DNA from: Actinomycetota bacterium
Lineage (GTDB): Bacteria > Actinomycetota > Geothermincolia > Fen-727 > Anoxymicrobiaceae
Assembly: GCA_018896525.1 (NCBI GenBank)
Contig: JAHIMR010000011.1
Coordinates: 68-64,067 of the forward strand
Direction of reading: 5' to 3'
DNA: 64,000 nucleotides
Shown here: in pieces, positions 49,593 to 61,400 of the stretch
Layout: each line of letters begins with the position of its first letter
Position numbering within the stretch: position 1 is the stretch's first letter
Translations under genes and position numbers: made by a program
The notes under the pieces: generated by a model
Database searches by the model: none
What the model saw: only the letters and a program-made list of their open reading frames with translations
What the model was told of the DNA's origin: nothing

Positions 49593-52277
49593 CTATGCCC
49601 TCAGCGCTTCAATCTGGCCGTTCAACTTGTCGCGCTTCCCCAGGAGTTCCCGCTGCTTCTCCCGCTCCTTCTCTACGACCTTCGGGGGGGCCTTCTCGAC
49701 AAAGCGCTCGTTGGACAGTTTCGCCACGCACCGATCCAGCTCGGCCTCTACCTTGTCAAGGCGCTTTGTGAGCCGTTCTATCTCCTCAGCCGGGTCCACT
49801 CCCGACTCCCAGGACAGATACGCCTGAACACCTTCGGTGACCACCCTTATCCCGTAACCTTCCCCCGGCGCCGCCTCCGAGAACCGCATACCGGAGAGTC
49901 CGGCCAATGTCTCCAGGTGTTCCCGCTCCCGTTCCAGGATGCACGCGGCCTCATCATCCTCGCACACCAGCACCGCGCCCAGCTTGCCTCCAGGGGGTAT
50001 CTGATGCTCGGAGCGGGCCGACCTGATGCCGGTAACGACTGACTGGATGAGGCCCATCTCCGCCTCCGCCTCCGGGTCCCCCTCGAACTCGTCCGGCGAG
50101 GGCCACGGCGCCACCATTATCGATTCCTCCGTCCCCGGCAATCTCTGCCATAACTCCTCGGTGACGAATGGCATGAACGGATGAAGCAGGCGCAGCGAGC
50201 ACTCCAGCACGCGCCAGGCAACATCCCTGGCCACGCGCTTCTCCTCCGGGCTCCCCCGGTACAGCCTGGGCTTGACCAGTTCCAGAAACCAATCGCAGAA
50301 CTCGCCCCAGGCGAACTGATAAAGCGCCTTGCCGGCCACGCTGAAGTTGTACTCCTCCATGGCCGCGTCCACGCGGGATATCACCGAGGCCATCCTGCTC
50401 AATATCCAGCGGTCCGCCAGTTCGGGCTCTCCACCGGTGAGCCCCTCCTCCCCCGGTTGGTACTCCTCCAGGTTCGCCAGCACCAGCCGCGCCGCGTTCC
50501 ATATCTTGTTGACAAAGTTGCGGTTCCCCTCGATGCGCTCCTCGCTCATGTTGATATCGCGCCCGGGGACCGCGATTGACCCGATAGTAAAACGCAGCGC
50601 GTCGGTGCCATATACGTCGATTACATCTATCGGGTCGATGACGTTGCCGCTGGACTTGCTCATCTTCTTGCCCTCGAAGTCCCGCACCAGGGCGGTTACG
50701 AACACTTTCTCAAACGGCACGTCCCCCATGAAACGCAGGCCCAGCATTATCATCCGCGCCACCCAGAAGAATATTATGTCGTGCGCTGTAGTCAGCACCG
50801 ACGTCGGGTAGAACTCCTCGAGCACGGGGGTCCTCTCGGGCCAGCCCATGGTCGAGAACGGCCAGAGCCCGGAGGAAAACCATGTGTCCAGAACGTCGGG
50901 GTCCTGCTCCAGGTCGTCGGAACCGCAACCGCAGCGCTCCGGCTCCTGGACCTCCACGATAATGTTGTCACACTCCCGGCAGTACCATACCGGTATCCTG
51001 TGTCCCCACCAGAGCTGGCGGGAGATGCACCAGTCGCGGATATTCTCCATCCAGTCGAAGTAGATCTTTTCCCAGCGCCGGGGGGTGAACTCTATCCTGC
51101 CATCGCGGACCGCCTTGATTCCCTCCAGCGCCAGGGGCTCCATCCGCACGAACCACTGGGTGGAAAGGTACGGCTCGATCTCAGTATGGCAGCGGTAACA
51201 GTGACCAACGGCGTGCAGGTGGTCCTCGGTTCTCTCCAGCAGTCCCCGCTCCTCGAGGTCGGCCAGGACGGCTTCCCGGGCCACGTACCGGTCCATCCCG
51301 CGGTAACGTCCCCCGTTCTCGTTGATGCTCGAGTCGGGGTTCAGTACATTCACCCGCTCCAGGCCGTGTCGCTCGCCTATCTCGAAGTCGTTGGGGTCGT
51401 GCGCCGGAGTGACCTTCACCGCGCCGGTGCCGAACCCGGGGTCAACGAACTCGTCGGTTATCACCGGTATCCGCCGCTCTACCAGGGGCAGGATGACGGT
51501 TTTCCCGACCAGCCCGGCGTACCGCTCGTCATCCGGGTGAACCGCCACCGCGGTATCCCCCAGCATCGTTTCCGGCCTGGTGGTGGCCACCACCACGTGC
51601 CCGGAACCGTCCTGGAGCGGGTACCTTGCATACCACAGGTGCCCACTCTTCTCCTTGTGCTCCACCTCGATGTCGGAGAGCGCGGTGTGGCACCGGGGGC
51701 ACCAGTTGACGATGTACTTCCCCCTGTAGATAAGACCCTGGTCGTACAGTTCCTTGAAGACCGTGCGTACGGCAAGCGAGCATCCATCGTCCATGGTGAA
51801 TCGCTCCCGCTCCCAGTCACAGGAGCACCCAAGCCGTTTCAGCTGGCTGATTATCGTGCCGCCGTACTCCTCCTTCCACCCCCAGACCCTTTCCACGAAC
51901 GCCTGCCTGCCAAGCTGGTGTCGGTCGGTCCCTTCCACCGCTATGGCCCGCTCCACCACGTTCTGGGTGGCTATCCCGGCATGATCGGTCCCCGGCATCC
52001 ACAGTACCTCGTAGCCCTGCATCCTGCGGCGGCGGGCTATTATGTCCTGCAGGGTGTTGTTGAGCGCGTGCCCCATGTGGAGGACGCCGGTGACGTTCGG
52101 CGGCGGAATGACCTGTGAGAACGGCCGCTTTCCGGTATCGGCACGGGCGTGAAAGTACCCACGCTCCTCCCAGTACCTGTACCAGCGGGCCTCGACCGCC
52201 CGCGGTTCGTATATCTTCGGCATCGGGGTGCCCTGGGATTCATCATGCAAACGTCTCACCACCTCGTTGGAAAACAC
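49593..52277 (-). CDS. valS: Valine-tRNA ligase
   Basis: [32 protein letters not shown] and KMSKS. The real start may be ATG 52223. Confidence 0.97.
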   Translation of the reverse strand: MFSNEVVRRLHDESQGTPMPKIYEPRAVEARWYRYWEERGYFHARADTGKRPFSQVIPPPNVTGVLHMGHALNNTLQDIIARRRRMQGYEVLWMPGTDHAGIATQNVVERAIAVEGTDRHQLGRQAFVERVWGWKEEYGGTIISQLKRLGCSCDWERERFTMDDGCSLAVRTVFKELYDQGLIYRGKYIVNWCPRCHTALSDIEVEHKEKSGHLWYARYPLQDGSGHVVVATTRPETMLGDTAVAVHPDDERYAGLVGKTVILPLVERRIPVITDEFVDPGFGTGAVKVTPAHDPNDFEIGERHGLERVNVLNPDSSINENGGRYRGMDRYVAREAVLADLEERGLLERTEDHLHAVGHCYRCHTEIEPYLSTQWFVRMEPLALEGIKAVRDGRIEFTPRRWEKIYFDWMENIRDWCISRQLWWGHRIPVWYCRECDNIIVEVQEPERCGCGSDDLEQDPDVLDTWFSSGLWPFSTMGWPERTPVLEEFYPTSVLTTAHDIIFFWVARMIMLGLRFMGDVPFEKVFVTALVRDFEGKKMSKSSGNVIDPIDVIDVYGTDALRFTIGSIAVPGRDINMSEERIEGNRNFVNKIWNAARLVLANLEEYQPGEEGLTGGEPELADRWILSRMASVISRVDAAMEEYNFSVAGKALYQFAWGEFCDWFLELVKPRLYRGSPEEKRVARDVAWRVLECSLRLLHPFMPFVTEELWQRLPGTEESIMVAPWPSPDEFEGDPEAEAEMGLIQSVVTGIRSARSEHQIPPGGKLGAVLVCEDDEAACILEREREHLETLAGLSGMRFSEAAPGEGYGIRVVTEGVQAYLSWESGVDPAEEIERLTKRLDKVEAELDRCVAKLSNERFVEKAPPKVVEKEREKQRELLGKRDKLNGQIEALRA

Positions 52278-52472
52278 TCATCAGATTCTAATGATTGCCG
52301 TTCCTTATGACAACCACGACCGGGTCAGACCATTGCGTTGCCTGACCATTGCCTCAATCCACGCTACCCGCGATGCAGGTTCTTTCCTTGACAGTTGCTC
52401 GACGCAAGGGACCCCGCTCGTAGTTTGTGATAGAATCGTGGCCGGTTTAACGTTACTATCGGAGGTTCAGTC

Positions 52473-52802
52473 ATGGTAATCGCAATAATCTGTCTATTCA
52501 GCGTTCCGTTTGCCCTGTTGTTCCTGGTTTTTTGCGCCATCGGCACCACCGGCATGAAGACCGGAAGAACCGGCAAGCGGGTGTACGACGAACTCAAGCC
52601 GTACATCGAAGACCTGACCGGACAAGCGGACCGCGCCCAACAGAAAACGCAGTCTTTCAGCGATCGTGTGGGCAATATCGAGAAAACGTTCGAGGAGTTA
52701 ACCGGGCGTTGGGCTTTCATCACCGGTTACCTCCGGGAAACCAGGAACTCCCCGCTGGTAAGGTTCGCTGGCATTGCCGCCAGACTTACCGGCAGAAGTT
52801 AA
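52473..52802 (+). CDS. Small membrane-anchored coiled-coil hypothetical protein
   Basis: GGAGG RBS, N-terminal TM and helical C-terminus. Confidence 0.7.
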   Translation: MVIAIICLFSVPFALLFLVFCAIGTTGMKTGRTGKRVYDELKPYIEDLTGQADRAQQKTQSFSDRVGNIEKTFEELTGRWAFITGYLRETRNSPLVRFAGIAARLTGRS

Positions 52803-52816
52803 GTACAAATAGCTAT

Positions 52817-54103
52817 CTAGGCCGTTTCCTCTTCCTCACCGGTGACTTTCTCAACCTTTGACGTCTTGGAGCGAGAGGTCAGAAGCGTCGGCTTGAAATC
52901 CTCCGAAACGACCTCGCGGGTAACCACGCACTTGACGATATCGGACCGTGACGGAAGCTCAAACATCGTCTCCAGAAGAGAATCCTCCATGATTGCCCGC
53001 AGGCCCCGCGCACCGGTCGATCGGCCGAGCGCCTTGTCAGACATCTCCTCCAGTGCGCCATCGGTGAAGATGAGCTCGACCCCGTCGAACTCGAAGAACT
53101 TCCGGTACTGCTTTACCAATGCGTTCTTCGGCTTCACCAGGATCTCCTTGAGATGTTCCACGGTGAGAGAGTGCAGGGTCGTTATGACCGGAACACGCCC
53201 TACGAACTCCGGGATAAGGCCGTACTTGAGGAGGTCCTCCGGCATTATATCGGCGAGGATGCTCCCAAGGTCCTCCTCGTCCTTGCACTTCACGTCGGCC
53301 CCGAACCCCACACCCTTCTTCCCGATGCGGTCATCGATTATGTCCTCGACGCCGGAGAATGCTCCTCCGCATATGAACAGGACGTTTGTTGTATCTATCT
53401 GCAGGAACTCCTGGTGGGGGTGCTTTCGCCCTCCCTGTGGGGGCACGCTGGCTACCGTGCCCTCCAGGATCTTCAGCAGGGCCTGCTGTACACCCTCCCC
53501 CGAGACGTCGCGGGTGATGCTGGGGCTCTCGCTCTTGCGGGCTATCTTGTCTATCTCGTCGAGGTAGATAATGCCGGTCTCCGCTTTCTTAACATCCAGG
53601 TCGGCCGCCTGTATCAACTTCAGGAGAATGTTCTCGACATCCTCGCCCACGTACCCCGCCTCGGTCAGGCTGGTGGCGTCGGCGATCGTAAACGGTACGT
53701 TCAGAAAACGGGCAAGCGTCTGGGCCAGAAGCGTCTTGCCGCAACCGGTGGGTCCGACCAGCAGAATGTTGCTTTTCTGAAGTTCTACGTCGTCGTTGGA
53801 CTCCGCCCCGACCTGTATCCGCTTGTAGTGGTTGTATACCGCGACCGAGAGGACCTTCTTGGCGCCGTCCTGTCCTACCACATATTCGTTGAGGAACTCG
53901 TAGATCTCCTTCGGCTTGGGAAGGCCACCAAGCTGTTTCTCCGGGCTCTCGGTTATCTCCTCCGCGATTATCTCGTTGCAAAGCTCGATGCACTCATCGC
54001 AGATGTATACCCCGGGCCCGGCAATCAACTTCTTGACGTGCCTCTGTGTCTTCCCGCAGAACGAACATTTCAGAAGGTCGCTGCCCTCGCTGAACTTAGC
54101 CAA
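52817..54103 (-). CDS. clpX: ATP-dependent Clp protease ATP-binding subunit
   Basis: CSFC...CDEC zinc domain, [26 protein letters not shown] and GRKHP. Confidence 0.97.
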   Translation of the reverse strand: MAKFSEGSDLLKCSFCGKTQRHVKKLIAGPGVYICDECIELCNEIIAEEITESPEKQLGGLPKPKEIYEFLNEYVVGQDGAKKVLSVAVYNHYKRIQVGAESNDDVELQKSNILLVGPTGCGKTLLAQTLARFLNVPFTIADATSLTEAGYVGEDVENILLKLIQAADLDVKKAETGIIYLDEIDKIARKSESPSITRDVSGEGVQQALLKILEGTVASVPPQGGRKHPHQEFLQIDTTNVLFICGGAFSGVEDIIDDRIGKKGVGFGADVKCKDEEDLGSILADIMPEDLLKYGLIPEFVGRVPVITTLHSLTVEHLKEILVKPKNALVKQYRKFFEFDGVELIFTDGALEEMSDKALGRSTGARGLRAIMEDSLLETMFELPSRSDIVKCVVTREVVSEDFKPTLLTSRSKTSKVEKVTGEEEETA

Positions 54104-54136
54104 CTCCTACCTCCGTGACTACTGTAACCGGACCGG

Positions 54137-54736
54137 CTACTCGCTTACCTTTCTCTCCGCTATCACCTCGTCTATCAGGCCGTATTCCCTGGCCTGGTCC
54201 GGTACCATTATGTAATCCCTGTCCGAGTCATCGTGTATCTTCTCCACCGTCTGCCCCGTATGGCGGGCCAGTATCTCGTCCAGCAGTTCGCGGTTCCGGA
54301 TTATCTCCTTGGCGTGTATGTCAATATCTATCGCCTGCCCGGAGGCACCCCCCACCGGCTGGTGGATAAGGATCCTGGAGTTCGGGGTCGCGTAGCGCTT
54401 CCCCGGAGCGCCAGCCGCCAGCAGCACCGCCGCCCCGCTCGCCGCCTGCCCTATGCACAACGTCGAGATGTCGCAGCGCACGTACTGCATGGTGTCGTAG
54501 ATGGCAAACGTGCTGGTCACCACCCCCCCGGGGGAGTTTATGTAGATGTTGATGTCCTTATCGGGGTTCTCGCTCTCGAGGTGCAGTAGTTGCGCCATTA
54601 CAAGGTTCGCCAGGTGATCGTCTATCTCCATGCCCAGAAAGACTATTCGCTCCTTCAGCAGCCGCGAGTAGATGTCGAACTGTCTCTCTCCGCGCGGCGT
54701 CTGCTCTACGACCATAGGTACAAGTTGAGCCATCAT
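54137..54736 (-). CDS. clpP: ATP-dependent Clp protease proteolytic subunit
   Basis: [23 protein letters not shown] and IHQP. Confidence 0.97.
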   Translation of the reverse strand: MMAQLVPMVVEQTPRGERQFDIYSRLLKERIVFLGMEIDDHLANLVMAQLLHLESENPDKDINIYINSPGGVVTSTFAIYDTMQYVRCDISTLCIGQAASGAAVLLAAGAPGKRYATPNSRILIHQPVGGASGQAIDIDIHAKEIIRNRELLDEILARHTGQTVEKIHDDSDRDYIMVPDQAREYGLIDEVIAERKVSE

Positions 54737-56169
54737 TACTCCTCAGGTTCCTCCTTCTCTGCCGTCTTGTCACCGGCTCCTTCCTCACCGGGGACTTCCT
54801 TTCCAACCGCTTCCTCATCATCGGGCTCATCAACAGGAGTCTCGCCCCCGGTGTCAACGTCCGCCTCTCCGGCCTCCTCGCCCTCGAACACCGAGTGCTC
54901 AATAAGAAAGTCGACCGCCCTGGAGAGCCGCATGCCTGCCCTGACCGCGGACATCCTGCCCTGCTTCCGGGCTTCCTCAACGGCCTTATCGGGGTCCCCG
55001 CCACTTACACCGGCGGTTTTCCTTATGTGCTCCTCGATATCCTCGTCGGAAACCTCTATTCCCTCGGTGGAGGCCACGGCATCCATTACCAGCTCAGCCT
55101 TCAACCCGCCTGTTACGCTCTCCCTGATACTTTTCTCTAACTGCTCCCTGGTTCCCTTCATGGCCTTCAGATACTCGTCCAGGGTCGCCCCGCGCCCCTC
55201 CAGTTCCTGCGCGAACTCCTCGATCTCCCGTCGCACCTGGTCGTCGACCATGGAATCCGATAGTTCGACGTCCGTTCTCTCCACCAGGTTTCTCACCACT
55301 TCCTCCCTGACCTGGCGTTCGCCTGCCGACTCCTTCGCCCGGGCGATCCGTTCCTTGAAGTCATTCTTGAGCTCCTCAACTGTCTCCAGGTTGCTCATCT
55401 GGCGCACCAGGTCATCAGTGAGTTCGGGCGACACCTTCCTCTTGATCTCCTTGATCATGGTGCGGAAAGTGGCCGGTTTCCCGGCGAGTTCCTTCTCCTC
55501 GTGGTCGGGGGGAAACGTCACGTGGATATCCAGTATGTCCCCCTTGCGCCCGCCCACCAACTGCTCGTCGAACCCCTCGGCAAAACCCTCCGAGCCCACC
55601 TCGGTCATGTGGTCATGACCGGAAGAGTCCTCCGGTGAAACCCCTTCGGCTAACATCTTGTAGTCGAACAGTACGAAATCACCTTCCACGACCGGCCGAC
55701 CTTCCACGACCTCCAGGGTCGCGAACCGGTCGCAGGCCTCGTTAAGCGACTGCTGAAGTTCGTCGCCTGTCACCTCGGTGTCCGGCCGAGCCACAACGAT
55801 CCCCCGGCAACCTTCGACTACCACTTCCGGCTTCACGTCAACCTCTGCCTCGAACACGACCATCCCCTCTTCGTCGGCATCGAGCAGGTTGATCTCCGGG
55901 TCGCAGACCGGCATTATCCCTGAGTCTTGAACCCCCATCATGTAAAGCGTGGGCAGCCCGTTACTTATTGCCTTGCTGCGTACATACTCCTCACTCAGAT
56001 GACTGTCGATAACCTTGCGGGGGACCTTTCCCTTGCGGAAACCGGGGACGCTTACCTCCAGGCTGATCTCCCGGTATGTCTCGTCGATGATGCCCTTCAT
56101 GTCCTCCGGTCCCGCCTCGACCTTGAGCGTTACCCTGTTACCTTCCCCCTTTGTGACCTCCGTTTTCAG
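54736..56169 (-). CDS. tig: Trigger factor
   Basis: PGFRKGKVP ribosome-binding motif and FKBP domain. The frame is open upstream of the listed ATG to a CTG (56169) behind AGGAGGAG. Confidence 0.93.
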   Translation of the reverse strand: MKTEVTKGEGNRVTLKVEAGPEDMKGIIDETYREISLEVSVPGFRKGKVPRKVIDSHLSEEYVRSKAISNGLPTLYMMGVQDSGIMPVCDPEINLLDADEEGMVVFEAEVDVKPEVVVEGCRGIVVARPDTEVTGDELQQSLNEACDRFATLEVVEGRPVVEGDFVLFDYKMLAEGVSPEDSSGHDHMTEVGSEGFAEGFDEQLVGGRKGDILDIHVTFPPDHEEKELAGKPATFRTMIKEIKRKVSPELTDDLVRQMSNLETVEELKNDFKERIARAKESAGERQVREEVVRNLVERTDVELSDSMVDDQVRREIEEFAQELEGRGATLDEYLKAMKGTREQLEKSIRESVTGGLKAELVMDAVASTEGIEVSDEDIEEHIRKTAGVSGGDPDKAVEEARKQGRMSAVRAGMRLSRAVDFLIEHSVFEGEEAGEADVDTGGETPVDEPDDEEAVGKEVPGEEGAGDKTAEKEEPEE

Positions 56170-56273
56170 ATGACTCTCCTCCTAACCGTTTATGCTGGTC
56201 ATTAAACACTTCAGACAGCATTCCACCGTCCGGACAATCGCACCAGGCCAGGCCTTATCACCTGCATCCCGGC

Positions 56274-56360
56274 TGGTGCGAGAGGGGGGACTTGAACCCC
56301 CACGGCTATTACACCACGGGGTCCTAAACCCCGCGCGTCTACCAATTCCGCCACTCTCGC
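56274..56360 (-). tRNA. tRNA-Leu(TAG)
   Basis: GCGAGAGTGGCGGAATTGGTAGACGC-G-CGGGG-TT-TAG-GA-CCCCG, long variable arm, GGTTCAAGTCC...CTCTCGCACCA. 87 nt. Confidence 0.96.
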
Positions 56361-56459
56361 TTGACCTTATCAATCCGTTGATATTCTACCATAGCCTCGC
56401 TTGCAGACAGCCGGCGCGCCTGGACGGGGAACCGGTTACCATCCACGGGGCAGGCACAT

Positions 56460-56623
56460 TTTACCCCGCTCCATGAATACGCTGGCATTCGAACGCCGCT
56501 GCATCCACACCGGCTGCGTTCCGCTCCCTCGACGTACTCCAAGAGTACGACTCGGTCGCGCGCCTTGCCGGAGCGGCGCTTCGACGCTCTCGGTGCTTAA
56601 CCGTATTCATGGAACGAGGCACT
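56460..56623. mobile_element. ~160-bp foldback MITE-like element
   Basis: Inverted repeats TCCATGAATACG (56470-56481) and CGTATTCATGGA (56602-56613). Nested arms TCGAACGCCGCT / AGCGGCGCTTCGA. Apex CGTACTC-CAA-GAGTACG. Confidence 0.7.
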
Positions 56624-57648
56624 CAGAAAAAGAGCTTGGCCATTTCGTACAGTTCCAGGTCCACGGTCTTGGTACCGTCCAGGACCTCGGCATAAGGAAC
56701 CGCGACCACCCGATTGTCCCGCATGCAGGCCATATGGTTGAACTTGCCTTCCAGGACCATGTCCACCGCGAATGCGCCCAGCCGGGTAGCCAGTACCCGG
56801 TCAAAGACGGTGGGAGAACCTCCCCGCTGCAGATGTCCCAGGTGTGTGACCCGGGTTTCGTACCCGGTTTTCTCCTCGATCTGTTCCGCCAGCCAGATCC
56901 CCACCCCACCCAGGCGCACGTGACCGAACGGGTCCTTCTTCTGGTCCCGGGTGAACTGCGCCTCCTGCCCCTCGGGCTTGGCCCCCTCGGACACTACTAT
57001 TATGCTGAAGTTCTTGTTCACCAGGCGCCTCTTGTCGATGCGCTCCCGAACCTCTTCCAGGGTAAACGGCACCTCGGGTATCAGTATCGTATCCGCGCCC
57101 CCGGCAATCCCTCCGATGAGGGCGATCCATCCGGCATCACGGCCCATGACCTCCAGGATCATTATCCGGTGATGCGCCGAGGCGGTGGTGTGCAGTTTAT
57201 CCAGGGCGTCGCAGGCAACCGCCACCGCGGTGTCAAACCCGATCGAGTAATCCGTTCCCTGAAGATCGTTATCGATAGTCTGGGGGATTCCCACGCAGTT
57301 CACCCCATGCTCCGCCAGTCGCATCGCGACGGTGTTGGTGTCGTCGCCCCCGATGACGACTATCGCCTCGATGCCGTACTTCCTCAGGTTGACGATAATT
57401 CTCTCGACCCCGCGCTCCACCTTGAACGGGTTGTTCCTGGACGTTCCCAGGATCGTTCCCCCGCGTTGGATTATCCCCGATACCGAACCCATGTACAGGG
57501 GCTCCACGTTGTCCTCAATCAAGCCCTGCCATCCGTTTCTCATCCCGATTATCTCTAAGCCCTCGACAATGCCCTTGCGGACCACCGCGCGTATCGCGGC
57601 GTTGATGGCCGAGGAGTCCCCTCCACCTGTCAGCAACGCTACCCTCAT
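56623..57648 (-). CDS. pfkA: 6-phosphofructokinase family protein
   Basis: LTGGGD, GGTILGTSR, IGGDDT, TIDND, EVMGR and LGHLQRGG. Confidence 0.93.
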   Translation of the reverse strand: MRVALLTGGGDSSAINAAIRAVVRKGIVEGLEIIGMRNGWQGLIEDNVEPLYMGSVSGIIQRGGTILGTSRNNPFKVERGVERIIVNLRKYGIEAIVVIGGDDTNTVAMRLAEHGVNCVGIPQTIDNDLQGTDYSIGFDTAVAVACDALDKLHTTASAHHRIMILEVMGRDAGWIALIGGIAGGADTILIPEVPFTLEEVRERIDKRRLVNKNFSIIVVSEGAKPEGQEAQFTRDQKKDPFGHVRLGGVGIWLAEQIEEKTGYETRVTHLGHLQRGGSPTVFDRVLATRLGAFAVDMVLEGKFNHMACMRDNRVVAVPYAEVLDGTKTVDLELYEMAKLFF

Positions 57649-57845
57649 GAAAACCACTCCTACTGGTTGAATCCCGCGCCCCGAGGTTTCCCGTCACGCC
57701 GGAACCGTCACTTCCAACAGGAACGGTATCCCTTAAAGCGCCCCGCGCGCAAGCCCTTATATAACGACAACGCTTCCGAAACCAACTCTGAAACGGTAAG
57801 ATTGAGCAACCAGGAAACCGCTTTCGGCTGGCGAAGGGAGAGTAG

Positions 57846-57959
57846 ATGAGCGATAAGGTCCACTACGCCGACGCCCTGGTTGAGATCGGCCGGGACTCGA
57901 TCCTGTTCAGGAACTACTACTACCCATTCGGGTCAAAGGGGTTGAAATCGCCTATATGA
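57846..57959 (+). pseudogene. Truncated N-terminal gene fragment
   Basis: An AAGGGAG RBS precedes MSDKVHYADALVEIGRDSILFRNYYYPFGSK, which then stops early. Confidence 0.35.
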
Positions 57960-58278
57960 GCGTTGACCTCGACCGCCGTGTTTGACCTGCAGGCGATCCC
58001 GGCCCCGGGAACAAGACCCGTTCCCTGAAACATAGTCAAACATCTCATCCAACCTGTTTCAGTTGACGCTTCATCGAGGTCTGCCTGCTGAGACCAACAG
58101 GTCTTACGCCCTCTCCACATCCGTTTTTCTGAAGTAGGCCCTACACGTTTCCAACTCGCCCGCACTACAACTCCCGCAACATCCCGTTGGCTTGCCGGAA
58201 AAAACTACCGGTGCCTTACCATGGAGATGGCATCGTGTGGGCACTGGCGGGCGCACCGGCCACATCCGGGGAACAGTT

Positions 58279-58394
58279 GCCGGCAAGGTGCCGGCGCTAC
58301 GGGGAACGGGGGATGCCGGCAAGGTGCCGGCGCTACGGGGAAAGCCGGCAAGGTGCCGGCGCTACGGGAAAAGCCGGCAAGGTGCCGGCGCTAC
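58279..58394 (-). repeat. Four GTAG-type REP palindromes
   Basis: GCCGGCAAGGTGCCGGCGCTAC is identical at 58279, 58315, 58344 and 58373. Same family as the 16-kb array. Confidence 0.9.
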
Positions 58395-58403
58395 AAGTAG
58401 GGG

Positions 58404-61400
58404 TCAGTCGCTGTACCCCCCTATGGTATCCGTCCCCGCGCCGCGACTGTTCCAGTACATGGCCCTCTCCACCATTATCTTCTTGCCCGCGGTCGTGCAG
58501 GTGACCATGATGGCTGCCCTTCCCTGTATGCCGGAGTCGGCCATGAAGTACGTCTTGCGGGAGTTGCTCCCCACCGTATCGGTGAAGGTTGCGTTACCGG
58601 TGCCGTTGGGGGTGAGGTAGGAGATCTCCACCGTGACGTCACCCGCGTTGGGGTTCATGACGAGTGTCCAGGTCTCCCTGCCTTCCCCGGTCTCCCCATC
58701 AGGCAGGTAGAAGGTGGTGTGGGGGGCGGAGAGCCCTATGGAGTCGTGGGAGGCCTCTCCCCCCTCCGTATCTCCCCAGTACATGGCACGCTCGGCTATG
58801 ATGGGAACCGAGCCGTTGACATGGGTGGAGAGGTCTGTCCCCGGAAGCACGTCGTTAACGCATATGGTCTTGCGGGAGTTGGGATCCATCTGGAATGCGG
58901 GTTGCTGCTGTGGCCCTGACGGTGTCATGTAGGTAACGGTGACGTCCGCGGGCTCATCGTTGGGGTTCTGCACCAGCACGTAGGTGGTGAACCCCCAGTC
59001 GGTGGTACCTTCCGCCAGGTAGTAGGAGAGAGCCGGTGTGGTGGTGCCTATACTGTCGTGGCCCGACCTGCGGTTGTTCCTGTACATGGCCCTCTCGGGG
59101 ATTACAGGGGTGTCCGCCTGGACCTTGATGGAGGCGTCTTTCTCACCTATGTCGTTTGCCATGTTGTAGGTCTTCCTGGAGTTGGCCGGTATCTTCTTCT
59201 CGAAGGTTTGCGGCCCCTCCCCCTCTACCATGTAGGTGACTTGAGCTGTAGCCTCTGTTCCGTTGGGGTTCTGTATGAGGAGCCAGCACTCGAACCCCCA
59301 GTCCGATGACCCTTCGGGAAGGTACCAGGTCTTTGCCGGAGAGGTGACGCCCACCGAGCAGTGGCCGTCCGGGGAGGGGGCACCCTCTCCGGTCCAGGTC
59401 ATGGTCCTGTCCACCGCTATACTCTTACCCTCCTTGCATTCAACATAAGTAGAGAAGTCCTTGTCTCCCAGGATGCCTCTCGGGTTTACCGTGGCCTGGC
59501 TCATTGCGGGGAGGTCTATGTCCCCACCGGGCATAGCGCCCGCGTCTGTCATGTAGGTGACGGTGGCGCTTACCGCGCTCGCGTTGGGGTTCTGAATCGT
59601 CACGTAGGTGGAGAACCCCCAGTCGGTGGTGCCCTCGGCCAGGTACCAGGTGGAGGTTGTGACAGGCTCCGGAGGCACGGGTTCCGGAGGCGCGCCTTCT
59701 TCGACCGTGAACGCACCTGCCAGCTCTCCGCTCTTGCCATCATCGTTAGTTACCTTCACGGTATAGGAGCCCGCCTGGGCACCATTGAGGTCGAAGGAGC
59801 AGGTTATCTTTGTGGATGATGCCACGTTCACGCCGGTCCCGTTGATATCGGCCTCTCCCGTCCTCTCCAGCTTCACCGTGGCTCCACTTCCGAAGCCGGT
59901 CCCGGCGAGGTCGGTTATGTCCACAGTACCGTCATTGGTTCCGCTGGATGGTGTGATGGAGGTTACGGTGGGTGGTGGGAGGGGCGGCTCCTCCACGGTG
60001 AAGCCCCCGGTGAGGGTGTCGCTCTGCCCGTCACCGTTCTCCAGGTAGACGTCCCAGGGGCCCACCTCGGCGCCGGCAAGGTCGAAGGTGCAGGTGATCC
60101 TGGTGGGGGATTCGGTTACTACGCCCGTGGCGCCAATGTCATCCTGGTCGCTCTTCTTTAGGGATACCTCCACCACGCTATTGAAGCCGGTCCCGGCGAG
60201 GTCGGTTATGTTCATAGTACCGTCATTGGTTCCGCTGGATGGGGTGATGAAGGTTACGGTGGGGGCGTCGTTGTTGAAATCGTTGTAGGCAACGTTTATG
60301 AGGTCAACCAGTTCACCGGTGGCTTTTAGGTTGCCTGCGCTGCTCGGATGGTCATCTCCGGTGGCATACGCGAGGGTATCGGACCCATAATCGGTCTTGT
60401 GCTGGACGGCGCCTTCCCACCACCTGTGATGGTTTCCCGTCTCCTGGTCGAGGTCGTTCAGGTTTGGATTCCCACCGTTGGAGGTTAACACGTTGTAGAA
60501 GTCGAGCACGTAAACGTTGTCGTATGGATAGCTGTCAAGCCAGTTGTTGACCAGCCAGTTGTTGAAGTGGCGGGCATTGGAGGCATAGGTACCACTCGAT
60601 CTAGGCGGGGCGGTAACCACCACGAAGAGCTTGTCCTGCCTGGTGCTGAAGTACTCGAGGAGGTCTGTGTAGATACCCTTGGCATTTGCAACCGTGTGAT
60701 GGGCGGACGAGCAATCCTGCCCCTTCAGGGGGTTATCCGCGATTGAGGGAATTGGGTCACCGGGGTCACCCTTCAAGTCTGAGTTGGGGTAGCAGGACTT
60801 GAACATCACTATCTCGTTCTCTCCCCCGGGATCGGGGGCCAACCTGGAATAGGCGCTGTGCTGATTGCTCTCAGAGTAGAGGCTGGACATGTAGGTGCCG
60901 CTGCTCGGTCCCCTGAACCAGTTATACCAGTGTCCAATATCGGTGTTATCGCCTATGCTCCCAGGGCCCCAACCATAGTAGGTGTCGCTCACGAAGTAGT
61001 TGTTATCCCGAAGCTCTATACCAAGGCCGCCATCAGCATCCGCCAGCCAGTTTGAACCACAGGAATGATGGATGAATACCAGCTTCACCGGGTCTGCGGG
61101 AGGGGCGTAGTCTCTCGATTCATACGCTCCCATGTCGTAACTGTCGCCGGCCGGCCTGGCGCCGCCGTCAAGGTCGGCTCCCGGGGCGCCTTCCCCGGTC
61201 CCGGAGTCGATTGCCGGGCTGCCCTCACCGAGATGGTAATCGCCTTCTAACCCCCACGCGGGTGACTCGAACAGGGGGTCGGCGCAAACGTTGCCTTCGC
61301 CCAGGACGCCGCTATCGATGTCGACCACGCCGTACTCCCTGCCGTTCGCGTAGACCTGCGGCTGCCCGCCTGGGCGATAGAAGATGTTGTGGTCCGCCGT

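Noticed and set aside
52280-52470. T-box riboswitch upstream of valS (or glyQS)
   Set aside because: No GGTGG(N)ACC T-box motif or terminator/antiterminator pair was seen.
56244-56256. AGGCC-A-GGCCT hairpin as a RAYT-type repeat
   Set aside because: Too short and lacks the flanking GCACG/TGTTGCA context. Could be chance.
58279-58394. Identical 22-bp repeats with variable linkers as a mini-CRISPR
   Set aside because: Linkers are only 7-14 nt of G/A-rich sequence, and the repeat is a GTAG-REP.
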